A stretch of DNA of 48,129 nucleotides, counting the filler, from Basidiobolus ranarum (lineage: Eukaryota), in the NCBI GenBank assembly GCA_040143965.1. It is 2 parts of 2 records of this genome, joined end to end, with 100 filler letters (N's around TTAATTAATTAA, not from the genome) between each part and the next. Parts side by side here need not be neighbours in the genome. Positions count along the whole stretch, not along the records: positions 24,146 to 48,129 come from JASJQH010007034.1; 1 more part is not named here. One strand, 5' to 3'. How positions within the stretch are numbered: position 1 is the first letter of the stretch; each line of letters begins with the position of its first letter. Below the pieces are notes generated by a model, which saw only the letters and a program-made list of their open reading frames with translations, had not been told where the DNA came from and did no database searches. Shown one piece after another: positions 39,259 through 48,129 of this stretch. The position numbers and the translations under genes are program-made.

Positions 39259-40726
39259 ATGTCACTTTATCTATACTTGACCGAGACTGACCAACTCCGT
39301 AATATGACGGTTCGCCGTAATACCTACTCTACGCAAATAGAGACTCTGGAGCGTGGTGTTGGAGAGGCTCTAGATGCTTTGTCCCTCTTTGTGGACATCT
39401 GTAATGGCACCCAGGAGTCTGGATTGAGAAGCTACGATTGCCATGTTGCCGACTGTGGTTGCCATTATCGTGCTGATATGCTCATATATCTCATCCAGCA
39501 TTATGGCGGCGACAGAAATAAGCTCATGGAGATAGAAAATTATGTTTCCCAACTTCACCAAGTTTCGAAGCGTATTTCAGAGGTCCAAGAGAAGTTCAAA
39601 ACCATGACCAATCCTAGGGAGATGTGTTCTGCCCTGGGTATTGATGTACATGCTGAGACTGTTGAGAGTCTTCATACAAAGCTTGGCATTCAAGTTGATA
39701 GCAATGGTTGGTATAACAATTCTACTGATACCTGGGATCCAAATAATCCTTGGATGGTATGTAAATTTCTTACCTTTGCTTATGTACTTCGAAAGTACAT
39801 GAAGATAACGATGATCGATGGAAATCTCATTGGGCGTCTACATATCAAAGAACTTGGTGGGAATCGAGTTAGAAAGGAGTTCTTGGAGATGCAAAAATGC
39901 GTGTCTGGACTGTCGATGTCATATATACAGTGTATTCACGAAGAGTTGCAACTCCCTCCCATGATCAAAAGGTAAGTTCAACATCTTATTATTTGAATCA
40001 ACTAGCAGTATTCTAAACCCCTTTTTTTGCAGTTTAATTGAGAAAACTATAGCCAAATCTCCTAAAGAAGTCACAACTTGCTCGACATACGTCGGCTTTA
40101 TGCCTCTCGCATGGAGATGGCAGTTACAGAAACAAAATATTTTAGTTCACATTCGTCGTTTCTGCCAGGAAGGATTTCACAATAACTACTTTGTCCTTCG
40201 CTCACACTACCAGCCAAAGAATCAAAAAATGAAAGGACACAAAGGAGAAGGAAAGCAATTTCCTCCCTGGTCGTGGGATTTCGAGCAGGTGGATCATCAA
40301 GAATTGATTGCCCGTCGCTCATATCATGGCTCATCACTTATTATTGCTGGAAACAGTTTCGATGGCTACATTGATGGCTATCTTCAGCGCATGGCCGATA
40401 CCAACTGTCGTAAACATGACGAAGACTGTGAGGAGAATACTAACCATTGCAAACAACTTTTGAAGCGTGACTTCACTGATATATTGCTTCATAATATCGC
40501 ACAACACGAACCCTATCCATTTCAATATGACGAGGAGAAATGGGAAACGACATTGCGCGATCATTGTGGAGAGCAGTTTGAGGAATACAAGACGTATGCT
40601 CGAAACGCAGATAGCCTGGGTTGTGGTAGAAAAATGGATCTGTTTACTATCCAACACATCTCTGCTGAGAATGCTGTATCATACGTCAGTCTCATGCAGA
40701 AGATGGAGAAGGCCGTCTCTCTCTAA
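39259..40726 (+). CDS. 468-aa soluble protein of unrecognised family (candidate biosynthetic core enzyme), 2 exons
   Basis: ATG at 39259; exon 1 39259-39971; 61-nt intron GTAAGT...CTAAAC...TTTTTTTGCAG at 39972-40032; exon 2 40033-40726. Splicing joins ORFs 39097-39975 and 40100-40726 in frame (1407 nt). No signal peptide or TM segment. Cys/His-rich motifs YDCHVADCGCHYRADML, HIRRFCQEGFH, NIAQHEPYP, LGCGRKMDLFTIQHI. Confidence 0.82.
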
Positions 40727-41709
40727 GTAAACTGCATTTAACATACAACGTCAATTTCTATATATATTAGTCTATCCCATTTTAAATATATACATTTGCA
40801 TATTTTACTCTTTCACTTGTTATGAATAAACGGAAAACCATTTTATCTAACCAATTGGAAGTCGTAGAAATCCTTATCGATCATATATTAAAGTTAACGA
40901 TCAAAACTCAAGGCGCCTGTCACCAAAGTTGTCCGCAGAAAATATCGAAAACATCGAGAAGCACGCGACAACAAATATGTGAGAAAAATAAATATAGAAT
41001 ATATTTGCTAATCCAATTTAAGTGCTGAGTGTAAAGCACCAATTTTAGCCCTAACTCTAAGCAGCAGATAGTTGTGTAATGTTAATTTGTTTGTTATCGT
41101 TGCAATCTGATAACAACCCTACCCTATATTTCCATTTACTGATAGTGGTACAAGTGGTTTCTAATTGTAGACAACTGTACCACGGAGTTCTATATGCAGA
41201 CGCTGTACGAGTAGTCGTTAGTCATACATGCTGTAGATCTATACTTCATATGCAATTGTCCCCAACTCTTACCTGATCCTCCACTGTTTCGAGTATTGGG
41301 ATTCTTTCTCACGCCCATAGTGAGAGTTTAGATTGAAGTTAGGGTGCAACTGGGTATATATAGGGTGCACTCTATGGTTCACCCGAATGCTTATGTACGC
41401 ATGTGAAAGGGTAAACGGAAAGAGTAGGGATGAGAAGCACAAAATGATCCAACTGTCGTACATGCTTTGTTTGAGTCTCTAATTTAGAAACAGTTACTAC
41501 TTGAGCCCGAGATTGATACATTTAGTAATGGCCTCTACATGCTATGTTCCTATTAATTCATTTAGCAAGAATTTCTTTTTCTGTGTTTGCGCATTTGCGT
41601 TACAATTAGCTTTGGGTAAAGGTCTTGATTGCTGGCGATTGGCTAGTAGATTATGCAGAAATCTTGGATAAATACTCAACGGTCATCTCTAGACAGTATT
41701 CGTTTCACA

Positions 41710-43624
41710 ATGTCAACCGAAATGTCTGGCAAGTCTTCGATCAAATTGGAGGATATGAAGACTTCCTCGGGGGAATGTCAGAACCCTGAACTTGGGGCGC
41801 AAGAAAAAGATACTGAAGATACCTTGCCGTTAGCTAAACTAATCACCGTTTTAGTTGGGTAAATATACGTTGGCTTGGCCTATCAAATTATAATCCTCGT
41901 TCTAATGGCTTCTGTGTAGGCTATTTTTGACCATGTTTTTGTCCGCTCTGGATCAAACGATCGTTGCCACAGCTATGCCAACTATTGGCTCTTCCTTTGA
42001 TGCCATAGATAAAATATCTTGGATTGCTACTTCCTATCTACTTGCTTCTACCTGTGTTCAGCCTTTAAGCGGTAAACTGTCCGATATCTTTGGAACCAAG
42101 GTGACCGTAATTGCTGCAACTGTAGTGTTCGTCGTTGGTTCCGTACTCTGCGGTGCTGCCCAGAATATGGCCATGCTGATTGTTTTCAGAGCGATATCTG
42201 GCATAGGGGGAGGTGCCATTCTTGCTTTGGTTTCAATCATTATTTCACGTGAGTGATTTTTCAAACATCTTATTGTCTGCTTTGGTTTGTTCATCCTTTA
42301 AACTTGTAGAGCTCGTCCCAGAGCGTGATCGTGCCAAATATATGGGTATGATGGGGTCAGTGTTCGCTTTATCCAGCGTCTTAGGTCCCATACTTGGTGG
42401 TGTATTCTCCCAGTATGTCAGTTGGAGGTGGGCATTCTATATAAATTTGCCTATAGGAGGTATCGCTCTGGCTGCAACAGCTATTTATCTGAAGAGTGCC
42501 AAATCTGAAGGCTCCTGGAAAACCAAAGTTCGTCGTATTGATGGTTTGGGAGCTTTAGCATTGGTCGTCAGTACCATTTGCCTTTTACTTGCTGCTGACT
42601 GGGGGAGTCATGAGCCTTCTACCTACAAAACAGAAATCATCGTTACGGCGATCTTGGCTGCGATTTTCTTGATCGCTTTCATTGGAGTGGAATGGAAGGT
42701 ATCACCTGAGCCTATTATTCCACTTCGCTTCTTTAAGATACGTAATGTTATACTTGTTACTATCGCATACTTTTTACTTGGATGCACATTTTATGTTGCA
42801 GTATACTACTTTCCGGTTTTTTTACAGGTAAGAATCTTTTTCGTTCATTGTATGGTACAGTATGGCTAATCATTACTCAGGCTGTTCAAGGACAATCTGC
42901 TACAGAAGCTGGTATACAACTTCTTCCGCTCTTACTCAGCCTAGTGCTGTGCTCTATCATCGTAGGGATGTTGGTCAGTCGTCTTGGAACATATCGCTTT
43001 TTTATTTCTGGCGGTTTCGCTGTTACTTCAGCAGGCTTCGGATTGGCCAGTATGCTAAATCAACATTCTAGCCAAGGAGAAAAAATCGGATACTTCCTTA
43101 TTATTGGAGTTGGAACTGGAATGAACTTGCAGACATTACTAATGGCAGCTCAACCAGCTGTTGAGAGTAAAGGTAAGATTCAGTAGAGAGTATTTATGTT
43201 GAAATAAGAGTGAAACTCATTCAATTCTATCATCTTGAAGATGTCGCCTCAGTTACCGCACTATGCACCTTCTTCAGAACTATAGGCTCAGTCATTGGAC
43301 TTGCCATTGCGCAAACTTTAATGAACACTAGAAAGCAGAGTTTCCTCAACAAGAATTATCCTATGTTTGCGGTAAGCTTATCCTCTCGTGAACATCCTTG
43401 GGATCTAAGGAACTGATATCATGACTTTATTTCAGGATCTGGCTACTATCTCGGTGGATAAAATCAATCTATTATCAGCAGATAAAAGAAATGCTCTTGT
43501 TGGAGCCTATACAGATGGGTTCAAGTTGGTATTCATCGTCCTAGCAGTATTCTCAGGAGTTGCATTCATTGCTACTCTTCTGCTTAAACATATTCCTCTA
43601 AAATCGAAGTTGGCTAAGCGTTAA
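41710..43624 (+). CDS. MFS drug:H+ antiporter, DHA2 14-TM type (GliA/Azr1-like efflux pump), multi-exon
   Basis: MFLSALDQTIVATAMPTI (motif D1), WIATSYLL, GKLSDIFG (motif A), LIVFRAISGIGGG, LGPILGGVF..YVSWRWAFYINLPIG, EPIIPLRFF, FFRTIGSVIG. GT-AG introns link the ORF pieces. Confidence 0.95.
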
Positions 43625-46463
43625 ATATAACTATTGTATTAGTATTTGGGAAGTGCAGATAGAAGTCTTTTGTTGAGTCTGCTTAGATATATTAGGCCAC
43701 ATCGTTTTTTTGACTTTCTAATTATAGTATTTGGAATATATAGTATTTGGAATAAATACGTCTCGGAATGTTTCTGCTTAATTTCAACTATAAATACTCA
43801 CCGGTAGTAAATATCGAAGTTGTACCGAACAATCATGACTATTCGAGGGATAGTACAAGGATTAGAATTCATGATACAGTCCCAAGTATTACGTAGCCAG
43901 GTTCTTCAAAACTAGCGTCATTGGGTATATTACCAGGATAGGATCAATAAGATTCAACAGGTTTGATGCCTCCGTTGAGTGTCTTTGTAGCCATGGCTAA
44001 CACTGCTAAGGTGAATGCAACTCTGATCAGCCTGAATAGCAACTGTGGAAGTATCTGGCTGGTATAGTGTCCCGAGTGTAACCCAAGAGTTGCCGTAGTG
44101 TGGAAGGAATGAGTGTCTCAGATTACGGTCAGGGTGTGTTCCATTCAGGAATTGGAAAATGCTTACAATGACAGCATAACCAGTATAGCAGCAGAAGAGG
44201 CTAAGTTTGTGAAAAGAAAGCAATATTGATCGTGTTTCTGCCGTTGTTTCGGTGCCATTCGCGATGTGTTACCTCTTAGACACGAACACAAAGCTTGGTT
44301 ACTTGATCGTTAATGTGCCAAGCTCGTAATCAACCTATGTATTCCTTGTGGGATCACTTATTTTGTATTAGTCATGCTTACTAACCACATTCTCTCAATA
44401 CTGCTCATGTTTGATAGCCACATTCCCTCTATCTTATCAAGTAGCTCTACTAAATGTTTGTGAGTGTATTCGTTGCTGGTACCTTTGTAAGACGTATGGA
44501 CTTGGACTAAAGAAACAATATCCAATCATATAGAAATACTGATCTTAGATAGCTCAAACTGGTACTTAGTTAGCCCATCATACCCCAAAATAACAATTAC
44601 TCTACGTTATTACGGTCCATTGGTATGCTACTTTAACACCATCAAGCACATCTTGACATTAGGTTTACTTCATCTCATGATGTAGTACAGCAATCTAATC
44701 AGATGTTTAGTGATTGTGTTTAGTGATTACAGATCCAATTTACCTGAAACATTCTTACATCAATAGCTGGTAGATTGCTGCAACTTACACAATCTGGTGC
44801 ATAGGTGAGGGCCCTAACCCTTGAAAATGCAAAGGAAAGAACTTGTTTATGCCCAGGCGCAGAATAGCCTCTAGAACTCGGCTAATAAGAGAAAGAAAGA
44901 CTACCCCAAAGATTAAATAGTCACTTGATTATATATTGCTGTGAAGATATTGCTGACCCTTTGTGTTAGTCATGTTATTAACTTAAATTCTAAAAATAAA
45001 TCTGCTTCCAAAGGTAGTATATTGTATATATAATAGTGCAAATGTCTTCAAGTGAAAATATTTCCATATTTTGCTTGTTTGTCTAGTAGATATTTATCAG
45101 CATTATGCAGGCAGTATGACTAATTTGAATATTGGCGCAGTTACACTGCTTTTCTTTCTCAGTACTTCAGAATTGTCACTCGACTCTGAAGATATGTATA
45201 TGTACAAACATTTGAATACAGATCGAAATAGTCAACTTACTCCACTTGGCCGCGATCTTTGTATGTGTAATGTGATTATCATACATCGCATAAAACTCAG
45301 AAAAATATACATATTGGATGCAAGATTCCCCATTTAAGCAGAAGACATAAATCTAGCAATCTTAATACAAGCACATTACTAATCAGCATATCTGCTGAGT
45401 TGCTTATTTGTGTAACTACAAGAATTCCCACTATGAATCAGATTACCATAAGATTGGAGCTGGTATTATAAAAGATAGGCCAAGACATGTGGTATGCAAG
45501 TGTGAGTTCTTGAACTGTACTATTTGCTGTGCCATACATGTTTGGTGTATCTTTACGGACACATTTACAGTACACATTGAAATAAATGCAAGTGTGGGTA
45601 TTGTGCCTGTGTTGTTGTGGCAATATGTAGAGACTTTCATTACACTGCTAGATATGATGGTATCGCATCATCATTAGCATATCTATCATTCACCCTTGTT
45701 AAAACCTAAACTATCTCATCCTTGGTAGGCATCAATATACTGTCTTGCTATTTATATCACAGGTTGTATTCGAGCTCATATGTGGATATATAAGGTGCAA
45801 TTAATATTACACTTACTTAGAGCATTGTACATTTGACTTGTGATCAAACAATTCTTATCTGATATTCTTTTTTTCCTTCCAAAATTCCCTGATTTCTTTT
45901 GACAAAACTCCTTCCACATGCTTCAAACTTTGTTTCAAGATCCGGTTGGTAACTGTCATGAAGTACATCATGTATCCTCTTAGATTGCGGACATGACTCT
46001 CGATATAGAGTTATGGGTTTTAATTTGGCCAGTTTTGCTAGCACATTTGGATCGTGATTGAAAGATTTATGTACTTAACATTATTTGGCTAGGGAAGGAT
46101 GGACAACCAACAAGGACTACCACATAAATCTCCATGTAAAGTTGGGGGAATTGAGTGTAGAGCTTGATCTCCTTAGATATCTATATGATAAGGCAATTAT
46201 ATTTTCGCCAGTAGTTTTTAGATCCTGGATAGAAATAGCATCTTAAAAAGTGTGCTGATGGTAGTTCAAACAGCAATATAAACTAACATAAGCCTTATGG
46301 CCCGCTCCTATATTTCAATTTTTTATTTAGTTTAGTGGCTGATATCGTTCTATTTTGCCAGTTGTATTAACTTGATTTGGGATTTACAAAGCGGCTCTAT
46401 TTGTATTGGTAGAATTCTTGACATGTCTATGGTATAGTCTAAAAATGAATATATTCAATGAAC

Positions 46464-47003
46464 CTACTCATGCCAGATGAATGATACTCCTTCCCCTGGA
46501 TAGAAGTTGACGTATGTAGTAATGTAGGGACCTCCTTCCCCATCGATGTAGTAGTTCCAGTCACTAGTGTAGACACTACCATCATCATTAATACTCTCCA
46601 CCACCGCAACATGTCCATATGAATCACAGCCTTGATAGCCTGGTTGAATAGCAATGATAGAAGGAACGCGTGGCTCATCAGAGACTACCCAGCCTTCAGT
46701 ATTCATAGCACTTTCTGGCCAGGTCTTGGCATTACCCCACCATTGGGTGTGGTAGCAGGTAAGTTGATAGTAGCGAGCATCAGCCCAATCAGTACATTGG
46801 CCGTTATCAAAGCGAAACTGAAGAGGGCAAGCGTAGAGGTCTGTAAGTCCCGGGAGTGCACCTTGTAAGTCAGCTACTGCAGTATTGTTCAGTGTCGAGG
46901 AGTTTATAGATTTCTCCGAAGTTGGAAGAGCTTGCGTGACCTGACAAAAGAAGCTAACAGCAGCCAAAATGGTGCCAGGTAATACTGAGGTGATTTTAAC
47001 CAT
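46464..47003 (-). CDS. Secreted CHAP-domain (Cys/His amidohydrolase/peptidase) protein; intronless, 179 aa
   Basis: Signal peptide MVKITSVLPGTILAAVSFFCQVTQA; FDNGQCTDWA (catalytic Cys), WWGNAKTW, PRVPSII, YGHVAVVE (catalytic His), VYTSDWNY. TATAAAT on the minus strand at about 47059-47065. Confidence 0.92.
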   Translation of the reverse strand: MVKITSVLPGTILAAVSFFCQVTQALPTSEKSINSSTLNNTAVADLQGALPGLTDLYACPLQFRFDNGQCTDWADARYYQLTCYHTQWWGNAKTWPESAMNTEGWVVSDEPRVPSIIAIQPGYQGCDSYGHVAVVESINDDGSVYTSDWNYYIDGEGGPYITTYVNFYPGEGVSFIWHE

Positions 47004-48025
47004 GATTTCGAATGTTGAGTAAAACTATTGATGCTGTGATGCCAGTCCAAGGTTCAATATTTATACACAATCACCTCCGTTATTCATTTCAATCCATCAT
47101 TTTCATTTGATATCATATTTCGGATTGTATTACTAAACAAAGATAGAATCCACCATAATAGGGCATGTTGGTCTAGAACAGTATCCTATATGAAGTAACT
47201 ACTTCTTAGATCGCATCTCTTTCCTATTTTAGATGAGGTTTGAAGAAAGAGGCACATGTTACTAATCAAGATTTTCGTTTCTAGCAGTATAACAACCCGT
47301 GATTGGGGATATAGTCGTCACTTATTAGCAACAGGAGGCTATATCGCTACAATATCTCAACAATGTAGCTTCAATCATACTCTCATTATTAGAAGCCACC
47401 TCAAACTCGTCTTTAACCGATATGGCTGCATCTAAGTCTCAAGCTTTTGTATGGTAATATCATACATCGATAAAATCATTATACTTACAACTACTTGCTA
47501 AGCGTGGCTTAGTAACGATTGAAATCCATATCCATTGAGGAGCAGAAGTTACAATCTATCGTCTTTGGAATGCTACTATGGGATTTTCTTTATTAAATAA
47601 TACATTCTTTTTCGCCCAGAGTATATATATCAGTTCTCTATATGAGGCAACTTTCGGTTAACCGACAGTGAAATACTTGGGAATTTCTGTGGATATTGCA
47701 ATATTGGACGTTACGGGACTTTGCCAAGAGCATCCACATAATAATCACTTCGTCAGCTTCTACCCTTGATTCGCATAAAATACTATGATGGTCACTTTGT
47801 TAAGGCACTGAGTTGTATAAATTTCTATTTTAGCTAAACCTGATTTAAAATTTTTTTAATCCATTTTAGGCATGTGTGATTTATTTCCTGTAAGTTTTTA
47901 TATTTAACAGATATGGTTTGCGTTGGTTACGTAACATACGATTGACGATCTAACTTGTACTGATTTGGCGTTTGATTTATAAATATATCTATAGTGTAGT
48001 CTAAAAATGAACATCTTTAATGAAC

Positions 48026-48129
48026 CTATTCATGCCAGATGAATGATACTCCTTCCCCTGGATAGAAGTTGACGTATGTAGTAATGTAGGGACCTCCTTC
48101 CCCATCGATGTAGTAGTTCCAGTCACTAG
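48026..48129 (-). CDS. Second, tandem copy of the CHAP gene (3' end only; runs off the window)
   Basis: 48026-48129 matches 46464-46567 except for one synonymous GAA/GAG change and encodes SDWNYYIDGEGGPYITTYVNFYPGEGVSFIWHE*. Offset 1562 bp. Confidence 0.92.
   Translation of the reverse strand, partial: SDWNYYIDGEGGPYITTYVNFYPGEGVSFIWHE

Noticed and set aside
36619-43624. Canonical gliotoxin/ETP cluster
   Set aside because: No GliP NRPS, GliG GST, GliI, GliJ, GliK or GliT homolog is visible in the window. Only the P450 and MFS resemble ETP genes.
43954-46044. Small ORFs between the MFS and CHAP genes as extra cluster members or a RiPP precursor
   Set aside because: No repeated core peptides, Kex2-type repeat pattern, signal peptide or recognisable domain.

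Overview
AT-rich eukaryotic DNA with short GT-AG spliceosomal introns. The gene set (7TM-RGS, MEAK7-like TLDc protein, PPP1R21, secreted CHAP protein) points to an early-diverging, non-Dikarya-like fungus, which is an inference. The window is two contigs joined by an artificial 100-nt spacer (N44-TTAATTAATTAA-N44, 24046-24145). The left contig carries an AlkB dioxygenase, a TLDc protein, a 7TM-RGS receptor, a Shg1/BOD1 + SGF29-like Tudor fusion, a Crz1-like C2H2 factor, a small Cys-rich membrane ORF and a CpG-depleted Ty1/copia relic. The right contig carries a metacaspase with Q/N/Y repeats, a peroxisomal PMP34-type carrier, PPP1R21, a Thr-rich secreted protein, a compact three-gene cluster and tandem bacterial-type CHAP hydrolase genes. 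The best candidate for an undescribed system is that cluster (36619-43624): a GliC-like cytochrome P450 divergently paired with a 468-aa protein of unrecognised family, followed by a 14-TM MFS efflux pump. It looks like a biosynthetic cluster with no canonical core enzyme. All family calls come from motif recognition by eye; no database searches were run.
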